NCBI GenBank assembly: GCA_000708835.1
Contig: DF237441.1
Span: 912 to 64,911 of the forward strand
Length of the DNA: 64,000 nucleotides
Reading direction: 5' to 3'
From: Klebsormidium nitens
Taxonomy: Eukaryota > Plantae > Klebsormidiophyceae
The notes beneath the pieces were generated by a model. That model worked only from the letters and a program-made list of their open reading frames with translations. It ran no database searches and had not been told where the DNA came from. Shown here piece after piece: positions 49,071 to 61,253 of this stretch. How positions within the stretch are numbered: the stretch's first letter is position 1; each line of letters starts with the position of its first letter. The position numbers and the translations under genes are program-made.

Positions 49071-51509
49071 CAAACTCGATACCGTGACGTTGCAAAATGC
49101 CTGGTAAAGTGGCTGTAGAAATGGCGGACAATTCTGTCACTACATCAACCGATGTTCTTTCAGCTGAAAGTGGTAGGGAAATTTGAAACAAAGCTCATGC
49201 CAGAAGGGTATTACTGTAGAAGTAGTGTTTGACATGTGAGAGCTGGGAACTCGCCTAATATTGTTTAATCCCAAATTAGAGTGCTCTGGAATGCTCGTGT
49301 CAAAACTTATGATCATGTCCTGAGCTGGCCAACAACCGCGGGTGGACAATCATTCTCAGTTTCTCATAGCGTTGCTAGCTTGCAGAACCCCCTGGTATGG
49401 CAGTGCTCTCTTCTTGAAAGCGCTACGGGCTTAGAGATTGGCCACTCTTTGTGGGCAACGGTCTTGTCCACAGCGGCAGCCGTATACAATGCAGTGGCAC
49501 ACGCGTGATATCTGGTTGGCGCTGGGGCATGTGGTGTTCATTCATGGGACAGGATGTGACAGAAGGTCCATCCAGGAAGCGCGCTTTGCGGAGATGGAAT
49601 GCCATCTAAAGAACCCTTCGCCACTTTGAAGGTGGGCATTCAAAGAACAGAAGACTGGCCTCGGCAATATGACCCCCAAGACCTCCTATAAGTTCTTGCA
49701 TGCAACCATTCAAAGCGTACATGCAAGTCAAGATTGAACAAGCCGCTTGTTATCTGCCCTTAGCATGTCAACACATAGGTACTTTACCGCTGACAAGCTG
49801 GTTACCCGAGGAAGGGGATGAGCCAGCAGACCTTGAAGCCTGTAGAGTTAGGGTCTGAGTAGGGTTCGTCGCATCTGAGGGAACCGCAGCAAAGTTGTGC
49901 TTATAGTCAGAACGTAAAAGCCAATCACTTTTGCCTTTGATTTTCTCGAGAAACCTCAAATTGCCTGGTCATTTGAAATGAGGCATGGTGATTTGAGGTA
50001 ATATCCAAGCAGTTATACCTTAAAGGTTTGCTACTAGCTTCAAACTTTGTTCAATCTTTTCGTTTGGTAAACGAGTCTCTGACTTTCTGACAGGCTGCAA
50101 AACTCTCTTTTTACAAGCCTCCTTCCCTTTTAGTTTGATACGTCGGTGTCCATGGTCCAGACCAGAACACAAGAAACTCAAAATTCTTCTGATGTCAATA
50201 TCCAAAAGCTTGAATCAATGTGCAAAAACACCGTCACGTATTGCTGCAACAAAGCGTCATGTTTCTTGCAAGGCCGCAGGCACTCCTGTCGCAGCGAGGC
50301 TGCATCAAGGGGCGCCGTGCTCGTGGACACATGGGTGCCAAGGACCATCGTAGGGCGCATGCATGAAATGAGGAGTGTGGTCACGCCCAATGCGCTGCAG
50401 TCCAGGAAGCCACATTGAGGTTAGTCGCCTCTTCATAGTCTTTATCTGGGGAGGGTACTTCCGTACAGTACAAGTGAAGGTGGTTTACACTTGTCTTGGT
50501 AGCGAAGTATTCCGTTCTGAAAGTAGCGGCAATGTGTTGACCGGAGGGTGGCACAACTGAAGCTGACCTCTGTCTCTGATCAGAGGACCCTTTTTGGATT
50601 CCTTTTTTATTCATTGCTCATTGCAATGTAGAATAGATCTCATGGGCAAGTAATATGCAGTTGCGCTCGTGGTCCAGCCTCCGTCTTTGCTCTTAAAGAA
50701 AAGTCATTTCGGAAGAGGCGAATGCTGCACAGAATTTATCTCAGAAGGCCTAGCAATCTCTTCAATGTATTTTTTTGAAGTTCATGCAAGCAGCCAGAGG
50801 CACTTTGAAACCATTGCTTCATGAAAGATGTCAAGAAGGGTTCTTGAAACTCTGCATGACAAGCATCATAACCAGTCAGTGATCAGCTCAGGCTAGTCGA
50901 ATGGTGACAGCTTCGCCAACAAGTGTCTTGCTTCCATCTTTGTCGCTTTGACAAAACTGAGTGTGGATTGTTTCCTTGGAGGGTCTGGGTAGCAGTCATC
51001 AGAACTTTGTACAGTAGGAGAGAACAGTGAGCGGTTTTAGTGTTCCAGTCCGCTCTTGAGAATCGTCAACGAGGACTTCTGTCCTTCTTTGCTCCCGTTC
51101 CTGCCTGTTGGCAGGCTTGGCCAGCCATATCCCCCAACAAACACTCGTCTGCAACATCCAATTTAAAATATTGGCAATCTGGTATCTCTTATTGCGCGCT
51201 GCAAGAACCGGGCCCTTTGCTGTCGTTAACGAGCCTCAGGGTTGATTCCGTGTTGTTTCTACCAAGCTCTTCACCATTTCGGACAGTTGTAACCTATTCA
51301 TAATACTCGCTGTTTGAAACCCAGGTCTCGAGTCATCAAGGCACGCCCGAGAGCCTCGACTCCAAGGGCAGCATCTTCTACCATTGGCACCGCAGGGACT
51401 GGACGCATCGACGTGTCTTAATAGGTGCCCACGTTCGGCGCCGCGCTACAGAGGTTCAGGCGTTTGGGGATGGGGACTAAGCAGCGCTCGCGAGGGCGCC
51501 GATGATAGT

Positions 51510-51850
51510 GGACATTGTCGAGCCCTTCTGGGTAAGCCTCTAAGCCCCTCGCCAACTCTTGAATTAATTGTTTGCTGTCGAGCCCGGCTATGGGTGACTT
51601 CGGGGTCCGCTGCCTGCTCCCGGTTTGACCGTTTGCTGCCGAGTTTTATATGGTGAGCTTCCGAGTCAGTCGCTTACTCTTCGGGTTCAGCGTTTGCTGA
51701 CGAGTCTTCTGAGATTAATTGCCGATGTGTCGCTCACTCTCGGTTTGAACATTCTCCTGTCGAGCCCATTAAAAGGAGCTGCCGCAATATCTGTCGACTA
51801 CTGTCAGGTTGTGTCCTTGCTGTTCAGTTTATAGGGTAAGCTCTCCAAGT
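51510..51850. repeat. Degenerate ~60-bp tandem repeat, about 6 units
   Basis: (G)TTTGCTG(T/C/A)CGAG-like heads near 51570, 51631 and 51692, with weaker copies near 51513, 51753 and 51816. The minus strand gives broken ~20-aa repeats such as PYKLNSK, FNGLDRR, IAGLDSK and PEGLDNV. Confidence 0.5.
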
Positions 51851-52177
51851 ACGTTTCCTTCTCTTGGAGCAACTCAGCCTCATCTGAATCTCATCGTCTT
51901 TCTGTCAACCGGTCGTATGCCGCAACTCGAAGGGGTGGCTTTCATGTCGTAACGGGCTGTGCGTATCCGGGTTCCAAAGACCGTTCTCGACACTCTTGCA
52001 TTCGAGGACATTCGTCAAGTCTCCCTGCAATAGGCTGCAGACGTCGTTTGAGAGCTTCTTCGGGTGACGCCGCCTTGTGGCAAGACTCAACCACCCTTTG
52101 TTTAGTTCTCGAAACTAATGTAAAAGCAATTCGCGGATTTCAAATCGATTAGTAAAGAAACATAGGAGGATGGCGCC

Positions 52178-52979
52178 TCAAAACAATAACACTTCTTCTC
52201 CTTCGTTCCTCAGATGTTGGCACGATCGCTTCGCCCCCCCGCTTACGCTATTTGACTCCTCCCCTCCCCCCCCCACCGGACCCTTTCGGACAGTCCCCGG
52301 CGCTTCCCTCGCCGCCTGAATCCGGACAATTGACTGGTTACCGTTCTCGAGGCTTGCTCGCGAGCGTCGTCGAGCGCGGCGTCCCGACCGCGGGCACGCC
52401 CACAGAGGCGTGCGTCGTTCTCCGGGTCGTAATATTGTAGTGGAGAGGGCCGCCCGAATGATTGTGACGGGCCGGGCGAAGCATGGTGCAAGGCGACAGC
52501 TAGAGACAGAGCATCGAGAACGTTCGGGGCCGCCAAGGGAGAATCGGGGCCCGCGCTTCCGGCTTCGCCCGACACAAACTCCTACACCCTTCCCGGGCCT
52601 CGACTTGCGTGCCGAACGGCGCGCCACCCGGGCAGCGAAGGCGACCCGAGCGACGGAAAGCTTTGGGTGTCTTGCTCTCTGGAAGGAGTGCAGCTCCGGG
52701 CGCGTCACCACGACATCGTCGTGGTCCTCCGGGGGTTTGGGGCCGAGCCAGACTTGTCGGCGGAGACAGGCGGTCATTCTGGAGCGCAGGAAGCAGCGAG
52801 GCGGCGTGGTGCTGGCGCTTATGGATGTTGTGGTCGGCCCGGAACATGACCGAAGACTGTGCCTTGGGTGAGGGCTCAGAGGTTGGCCCCAAGTTCGGCC
52901 AGAAGTACATAAAATGCCCCCAACATTCAGCAGTTTCTGGCGCTCCTTTTAGAACGTTCGCAGCTCCCTCGATTCGCAT
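52178..52979 (-). pseudogene. GC-rich coding-like island with three overlapping minus-strand ORFs; product unknown
   Basis: Overlapping ORFs 52500-52979, 52243-52575 and 52178-52777 in a GC-rich block. No recognisable motif. Confidence 0.3.
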
Positions 52980-53048
52980 CCGACCTTCCTTTTGCTTTGA
53001 TCGTGTATCTTCGGAATGCAGTCGCTGGGCTGTGTTTGCAAGGGTTCT

Positions 53049-53202
53049 GATGCGTTAAAAGAGTCCCCTGTGAATGGCATATTGCAGCGGCGCTAATGAG
53101 TCTTTTGGATCAGGTACCCTGTAACGATGCATTAAAAGAGTCCCCTGTGAATGGCATATTGCAGCGGCGCTAATGAGTCTTTTGGATCAGGTACCCTGTA
53201 AC
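53049..53202. repeat. Tandem duplication, 2 x 77 bp with one mismatch
   Basis: GATGC(G/A)TTAAAAGAGTCCCCTGTGAATGGC...GGTACCCTGTAAC at 53049-53125 and 53126-53202. Confidence 0.95.
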
Positions 53203-55050
53203 AACATTGAGTTGCCACAGTACTTGTCAGCCGGTGATCCTCTCCTTTGAGGCGCTAGGACTGGACCGCTGGCTTTCCTTGAGAGGCCTGATCTAGCCTA
53301 CTCGATCCTTCAGCCTACCCGATCTTTTTGGTACTAATCGAAGGTGTCTCGTTTGTGTTTGCAGTTGTTGCCTTGTTGCGAGCGTGTGCCTTGGCTGGTG
53401 GGACGGTGCTGGACTAAGCCATGAATTCCTCTTTTAAGCCCCAATCTGGCCACCACGCATTCGCACTATTGAGCAGAAGGTAAAAGAAGGCGTTCCAGTC
53501 CTTCAGACGACAGGCTTGCTTGTAGGCGGGCTTGCGCTTGCAGCCCGGTTGGTCAGGTCAACATTAGTGATAAGGACGCTGACTCCCCTCAATATGTTAT
53601 TGAAGTGCATGTATATTTCTCCGTCTGAAATCTTAAACGTTTGAGTCAATGTAAGCTGTACCGTGCATTGATAGTTGTGTGCGTATGGTAAGCAAACCAC
53701 GTCGGGTTGCCTGATCGGTTTTATCGTGAGGCTTTACTTTTGCTAGGCTGAGAGATTCGCGCTTAGTACTGCGCAATTGTGCATAGGCTACATGGGTTGT
53801 TGATTCGATCGGTCGGATTAGCGAATAAAATACTCAATTGATGCCAGTGTCGTACAACTTTGCGGGATCGTGCTATGCCTATGAAACTAACGGTGATGCT
53901 TTGCATAAGCCCACCGGCGTGCCAGCGCGGCAGCCGGCGCTTCCGTGCGCGTGGGCGCAGCCAACGTAATTTACTGTAATACCACTGCGATGTTGCTCGA
54001 GTCGGATCGGATCATGGCATCGGAATGATTGAATGATAATCGTTGAACCAGGCTAAGTTTCCATGGCATTTGATCTATAGCAGCTCATTCAATTACCTTC
54101 ATGCACCCCAACTTAATTCACCTCCTAGAAATCTAGGTAGACTCAGTCCATTTACTTAAGGATAGATTTACTTAACATATATATGTATTCCTGAATATAA
54201 TGTTGTTATAAGTACGGACAAAGAACTTTCATGATGTGATTCCGCGGTTCCACACATCCGATCAGATACAAATTAAGCAGCCGGTACCTGACTCCGTTGA
54301 TCGGATTGATATCCTAAGTTTGAAAAAAGCTAAACCAATTGGCCGCGTTACTTCTGTCAATAAGTCGTATACGTTGTGGCATGCGTGCGCCGCACTGTCT
54401 CGGAGTGGAGTATGCTTCGTATATTTTGAATACAAGTAATCTACGATGCACCCTCAATCGATCCGAGGCTCTACTACGCACTACGTGCATACGGTACATC
54501 TAAATAATATATATTATCATAACCACGGATGGAGGACTTTTCGTGATATCATGTAATCGGTTCAACCGCACATGCTTCCATCATATTTACCAATTAATTA
54601 TAAGAATTGTCATCATACATAACCAGGGACGCGTAGTTTACAAATGTGCCAACTATGCCATGATCACAAATGCCGATATTGTTCTCTTCAATCGAAATAC
54701 CAAACATATTTGGAACAGGATGATGGAGCACGCGCTGATCATCGCCGTGCAAAGAAAAGGGAAGCTTATTTCTATCATATTGCATTCGTGGACACGTTAT
54801 CAGCTTCGAAGCACTGGCGGTTCATTGCCAAGGCACAAATCTTGTCTTGTACGATCCTTATAAGCATTACGCAAGTCTACAAAACCCTAAAAGCAAAAAA
54901 ATCACATACACTCAGAATTGTGTTCTGCAGGACATCATTTACAGCTCACCGCGCCATCTCCAAATCCGCGTCCTCTAAGCGACTTTTGGACATCAGGCGC
55001 CTATAACCTAAACACATTCGAACCCGACTGTGTACCAATGAAACATCTAC

Positions 55051-57257
55051 TTAAACAACGACTCTACCCCCTCTTCTGCCGCGCGGCTTGTAATCGATGG
55101 CAGCCGCCGCAATCTCATGCTCCGCGCGCTCCCCCAGCAAGGCCTGGTCCTCGAGACGCTTCCGTTTCCACTCCCGTTCAGCCTCTGTCAGCATTAAGCC
55201 GTTGTCGGTTTCCGAGGTGTCCCTCTCCTCCCGCCGCCGCCACGCAATCCGGGCCAGCTGCTCGCTCGTGCCGTGATCGGTCGCCTCTAGTGGGGCACCA
55301 TTGGCGACCTGCAACGCCTGCATGTGCAGCGAACGACCGTGGTCCTGCAAGCCAGGGAAGGCCGTCCGGATGACCGCCTCGGCGAAGAACACCTCCTCGG
55401 CAGGGGTGTTGAACTGGACGACGACGGGCAGGATTCGGGACACCATGGAGGCCTTCCAGAGGTTGTTTCGGGCGAGGAACTTTTCCGCCAGCTCCGGATT
55501 GTAGTTGGTCTGGAGCATGACCAACTCGTCCGGAATCTCGAAGTCCTGCCAGAAACCCCGCCCCATGTCTCCCAGCCCCCGCACTGGCACGGGACCGTAC
55601 GTGTCCCGGCCCTCCTTTTTGTTGAGGAAGCGCGGCACCATCTCGTCGTCGTCCGCTTCCAAATCCACCGACTTGGCGTCATCTTCGGACTCGTAGTCCG
55701 ATTCCAACCTTTCCCCGTTGTCCCCTTCCCCGTCGTCCGCCTCCTCCTCCTCCAATGACCCGCTTTTTTGCGCTCTCTTCTCCTTTCTCCGGCTCGCTTG
55801 CGTTTCGCCCGCCTTCCTCGGAGTCCCTCTGCTCAGCCGCCAGTGGGTCGGCGCCATTCAGCGTGTCGGCCAAGATCCGGATGAAGCTTCTCCTGAGCTC
55901 CAGATGAGCGCCTCCGGTAGCCTCGCACTGGTACACCGCCCTTTGCATAGTCTCTTCCAACGGCAGCTCCTTCCAAAGTGCCGTCCGCACGACCACCTTG
56001 GCGAGCTCGTCGGGCGTTCTGCCGGTCATAAACATCTCCCCAGGCTGGACGACTAGCTGCGGAGCAGCTGCGGCCACCGTGATCGCCCCACTCGAGCTTG
56101 AAGCCGCGCCTGCCGCGGGCCCTCCATCTAGGAGCGCACCTTCGTACCCAATCGCCCGAAGCAGGTTGGGGTCCGGCCGCGCGCCCGTCGGCCTTTCCCG
56201 CCAATGGAAGACCTCCCTTCAGCTCGAACCCATCAAACTCCGGCTCCCCTTTCTCCCGGTCCCTTCCGCCCAGCCGCTTTGCATCCCGGGTGAAGCGGTA
56301 CAGTGTTAGAACGTGGGAGTTGGTGCCGGTGGCGTACTTCAGCTGCGTTGCCGAATAGTACGGCCCTAACCCCTCTAACACAAACACCGGGAGCTTTCTC
56401 AGCATGGCTACCACCGTCTCCACCTCCATCTCTTGATGCGCCGCTTCACTGAGCCCCTCATTGGACCACTGCTTCCTCTGCGTCTTCCAGTCGATGACGT
56501 GCAAGGGTGGGGAGACCCACTCCTCTTGTTCCATCCGGGCATTGAGGACGTACAGAATTGCGTCTTCGAGGAACGCAGTCCGCCCCTCCTGCCCCGCTCC
56601 CCATCTCGAATCCGCTGGCGCCCCGTTCAAAACCCCCTGCCCCCGTCTCGCCGTCCCCTTCAAGAACAGCTCGTGGATGTTTCTTAGCCGAAGCCTCCAC
56701 CTGTCCCCGTCGTCCTCACCTCCAGCTGCGGCAAGGAAGTAAACGCAGATTTCAGAATCGTGAACCCGCACGCATCATTTCAAACAAACGAGCTAAAGAG
56801 TCGAAATTTGATATGCCCCGCTTTGGCTAGGGTACCCGCAATATGGGCCTGAAACGTCAATATTCTTGTCATGTTGGAAACATGCGATTCGGGAGAACGA
56901 GGTGCTGCAGAATACTACCATCACGCCATTGCTTTTACAACATGTTAAAGACTTTGAGTGTTGGCTGATGCTTGGACCGGTAGAACGCCATCTTCCAACG
57001 TTTCAGACACTTGCATCCAATGGGCATACGTTGAAAGGTACCTGAGCGGATGGCCTTTCGCCGCGGGCCTTCCAAAAAGTCAACCATAACGCCGATGGCC
57101 ACTCGGCCATCCGGGGTTAGCTCTCCCTGCCACGCCCGCCGCCACGCGCTGTACAGCTGGCTGTATACTGAGCTGCCGTCCAGATCCGCTGCATTAGCGG
57201 CTAGCGTCGCGGAGACGTCGATCTTGACATTGAAGAACTCGGGGGGAGGCGCAGAAT
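55051..57257 (-). CDS. Large unknown coding region of about 630 aa, probably the C-terminal part of the H3-fold gene
   Basis: Exon 57257-57042 (EFFNVKIDVSATLAAN..LYSAWRAWQGEL..FLEGPRRKAIRS) joins in phase 1 to exon 56725-55051 (RWRLRLRNIHELFLKG..FLEDAILYVLNARM..; acidic linker; GFWQDFEIPDEL..EVFFAEAVIRTAFPG..). Two apparent +1 indels lie near 56218 and 55764-55860. No family recognised. Confidence 0.72.
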
Positions 57258-57626
57258 CTACAAAGTTACCAAACAGAATCGTTTTATGTATATGATGCTC
57301 GCGGCATTACTCATTGCTACATTTGGATATGGCATAAGCAGCGCGACTCGGAGAAGGAGTTCTGTTCGAGATAAAGCACATGAATGAAACGAAAGGATGC
57401 CGTTAGATGCGTCAATAATATCAATATTGTTTAAGTATTTAATGCAGTTGCCTGTCTTGCTTGCCGGGTCTTTTATGATCCTACTGCAAATGTGCCGACA
57501 AAGAAAGTCTGCCCATGCACAACACAATACAAAAACGTGTATGACAAGATCGGGACAAGATCGTTCTTTTCGAAACCAGCAGTTTAACAAACTAATACTC
57601 AATCGAAACAAACAAAGCAGACGCAC

Positions 57627-60600
57627 CACTAACTCCCCCAGCACCACCAGTTTCTTTCTCGTGAGTGTCGCCACCTAGGCCCCGGCCACCCGTCACCACA
57701 TCTTCCGCCTTAGCGGGCCCCGCCCCTTTTGTAGACCCCACTCGTGCACCTAATCTACTCGGATTCCCCTTGCCCCGCGCCATATTTGCCCCTTGCCCGA
57801 GATGCCACCACCTATTTGCCTTGCTTCCCCCGCTTGCTTCCCTCTCTCTTCTGCCGCCTTGAACGTTTCAGCCCCGCCTTGCGCTGCCTCTTGAGCGGCA
57901 GCGCGCTCCCGTTCCCTTGCCTCTCTCTCCTCCCGCTCGATCTGCTTCGGCGGCTTCCACCTTTCCGCGCCAGCAGGCAGATCAGGGTAGTACTCCCTCT
58001 TGTCGTAGGAGCGCCCGTGCTCCACCTCCCTCTGCAAAGGCATTCTGTTGTTGTCGTCGTCGCGGATCACGCGGATCCGGCGCGCTAGGTCCAAGTCCTT
58101 CGCCTGGAGGGTCCTGCGCTTGCCGTGCGCAACGCAGAAGATGGCGTCCCCAAAGAGGCCCACGGTAAAGTCTTGGCTCGCCTCCAAAAGTGCGTCTAGA
58201 GCGGACGACTGCCACCTGCAAGATTTTCAAAACAGATTAGGATGCTCGAGATTTGGATATCCCTCCGCCCGAACGATTTCCAAATGCACATTCTGTTACG
58301 CACTTTTGGAACTGGACCGTCCGATTGGAAGGACAGGTNNNNNNNNNNNNNNNNNNNNNNNNNNNNNNNNNNNNNNNNNNNNNNNNNNNNNNNNNNNNNN
58401 NNNNNNNNNNNNNNNNNNNNNNNNNNNNNNNNNNNNNNNNNNNNNNNNNNNNNNNNNNNNNNNNNNNNNNNNNNNNNNNNNNNNNNNNNNNNNNNNNNNN
58501 NNNNNNNNNNNNNNNNNNNNNNNNNNNNNNNNNNNNNNNNNNNNNNNNNNNNNNNNNNNNNNNNNNNNNNNNNNNNNNNNNNNNNNNNNNNNNNNNNNNN
58601 NNNNNNNNNNNNNNNNNNNNNNNNNNNNNNNNNNNNNNNNNNNNNNNNNNNNNNNNNNNNNNNNNNNNNNNNNNNNNNNNNNNNNNNNNNNNNNNNNNNN
58701 NNNNNNNNNNNNNNNNNNNNNNNNNNNNNNNNNNNNNNNNNNNNNNNNNNNNNNNNNNNNNNNNNNNNNNNNNNNNNNNNNNNNNNNTTCTGTTACGCAC
58801 TTTTGGAACTGGACCGTCCGATTGGAAGGACAGGTGTAGAAGCACATATGATTCCGGGAGTTGGTTATTTCTACCAGTGCAAAGAGACCCGCATACTTTT
58901 GCTGCGCAAATCATGCTAGTTGAGTTGCCGCTTCCTTCGGGAGATTGTTGCCCACATGATCAGAATGCTTGCATTTGCAACTTTGTTTACCTGCCAGCTC
59001 AACGACAATGTGGGCAGCTCATTTCAAACACCAGATACCACAAATTCCTGCCCAAGTTGCTCGTTCCGACATGCTTGAAGCTCCACATCACAGCCCAACG
59101 TAGTAATATCGAACAATAGACGTCAACTACTCGATTTCAACTGAGATGCTAACCTGCGGCCGTAGCTCTTTCCCCTCTTGTTCCACTCCGTGTCGCACAG
59201 CTCACGCACGAGCCGACCGAACGAGAGCCTGGGACGACAGGTTCCGTGCTCTTTTGGTACTTCCGGATCTCCCTGAGGGCTAGGGTGCCTGGCCTGTACC
59301 GATGCGGCTTCTTTGGATCACGCTTGGAGGTGGGAGCTGGACCTTCTGGCGCCTTGCGCTTGTTGCCTGCAAAACAAACAAAGTGCTTATACTTTGCAAC
59401 AAACCAATTGTATTAGGTTTACACAAGAGCCCACCATACTAAACTGAGACCATACACTAGTAGTTTAAACAAACAACCTAGCTGGAGCAGCTATGAAACC
59501 ATTGCCTTGACCACCAATTGGCAGCTGGACCAAAAACGCCGCAAGTACCGTGTTTTAGGGACCCTCCGCTTGCAAACTAGGCCCAAGACGCTCATGAAGT
59601 GATCAAATTGAGCTCAACCTTTACAGCCCATATACCACAAACTGCTTCTGCACTCTGTTTGGGAAACAACCAGCTCGTCAAGAATGCTCAAACCAAGTGC
59701 ACTGAGCTGACAAAAAGATCCTCATGATCTTGCAGCTCAGCAAACATGCAGGTGCTTTGAACAAACCCATCATAGAACAAAGAAGGAGGTGGTCGTATTT
59801 TGGAATAAACCATATGCATTCCGATCAACATGAGCGCCCACCACTTTAAAACGAGAGTATGCACCATGTTCTGAATAAACTCCTAGCTGAAGTTGCTAAA
59901 GTACCAAAGCTTTGACGACAACTTGACAGCTGGTCTAAGAGGCGCCGAAGCATCATGTTCAAAGACAACCGGCGTGCATCTATCCCTAGGACGCTCATGA
60001 ACCAGTAACATTTGAGCTCACATCTACAGCCCATTTACCATCAACCGCTCATGCAACCTGTTTGGGATACACTGAACCCGCTAGCTAGGATGTTGTAACC
60101 AAGCGCATTGAGCTGACAAAGCGAGGCCTAGCAAATTCAAAAGCCAATACCTGCTGCCGCCTTCTTTGCCTCTGTCTCCCGTGCTGGTAGGCTTCTTGGT
60201 GCCTTGCTCTGGAACTTGTTCTTGCCCTTATCCCCTGCTTGCTGGCTGGCTCCTTCTGCTGCCTTCCCCTTGCTGTTTCCCCCAGTGGTGGCACTGCCGG
60301 GAATCCTTGGAGCACCGCTGCACCAGGCCTCAGCCTTCCCGTTGCCCCGAGCTTGGAAAAGGACTTTCTGTTAGCGCCCTTTTTCATTTGAGGCCCGGGG
60401 CAGCTTTGCTCGCTGCTTCGAATGCCGCTAGTGCGGCCGCCTGCCCCTTGGCGTGCTTCTCTGCCTTTCTAGCCTGCGCCGCTTTGTAAGCCGCGTGTTC
60501 TTCTTTGGTGACGTCGTCTGCAAGTGCAATCTGCTGCGCAAAAGTCAAGGGCTCTTGCTCCTCCTCTCCGGTGACTTCCGTAACTTCTTCAACATTCTGC

Positions 60601-60785
60601 AAGGGGATTGACATAAGAAGAGGTCCCTTTTCCAAGGGCGATCTCTTGCTATATGCGGCTGCCTCCAAATCCTCCGCTTCCTGCTGATTTAGATTTGCTT
60701 GCTCCGACAGAATGTTTGGATTCTCTAGCCCATTGACCTCTTCGTCTGGAATGTCATCGCTTGAAGACCGGACAACTGCTCTCAT
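57627..60785 (-). CDS. Atypical histone H3-fold protein (CENH3-like residues) with long N- and C-terminal extensions, copy 1
   Basis: Exons 60785-60151, 59366-59154 and 58215-57627. [27 protein letters not shown](P)[25 protein letters not shown]|[49 protein letters not shown], and the frame stays open afterwards. Apparent -1 indels at G/C runs 60394-60396, 60345-60348, 59231-59233 and 57789-57792. The start codon is uncertain. Confidence 0.88.
58339..58787. other. Assembly gap of 449 N with an identical 48-bp sequence on both sides
   Basis: TTCTGTTACGCACTTTTGGAACTGGACCGTCCGATTGGAAGGACAGGT immediately precedes and follows the N run. Confidence 0.95.
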
Positions 60786-61253
60786 TATCAAGCGCAGTGA
60801 AAGCAACGCCAATGTATGTTCGCGGCTGTTTTGAGCGCCTTCCAACTTTGAACTTCAGAAACCTACCATGCAAGCAACCTGAATTTTGGCCGTGCATGGG
60901 CCGAGTTTGAAAGTCAATTCAAGACACTTCGTAATTTGCGTTCGATTTCGATAGCTTGACAGGCTGCAGCGTAGGTGTAAAACCCACTATTCGTCGACCT
61001 ATGACCGGTTTCGATGTTGTGAGCCTTGAGTCGACCTATATAGGCTGCAGGAGCTATATCGTCGAAAATGAAGTAAAAGAGCGGGAGCGTGACATTCGCC
61101 AAGCGTGTGAGACCCTAAGCAAACCCTAATTTAATCGAACAATCCATTGCAAGCTAGTTCGTCAAAAGTCTGCCTTGAAACATAATTTTTCGTGGTCTCT
61201 TTCGCGGAGGGCGCCGCCTCCGATCAGCCGCAAGCTTCCAACGCTTCCTTCAT

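Noticed and set aside
58048-59119. Long ORFs of 183-288 aa reported across the N run
   Set aside because: Artefacts of translating Ns; the region is an intron of the H3-like gene.
60914-61102. 62-aa minus-strand ORF as an extra 5' exon of H3-like copy 1
   Set aside because: I could not find a convincing phase-matched donor/acceptor pair, so it is left unresolved and excluded from the model.
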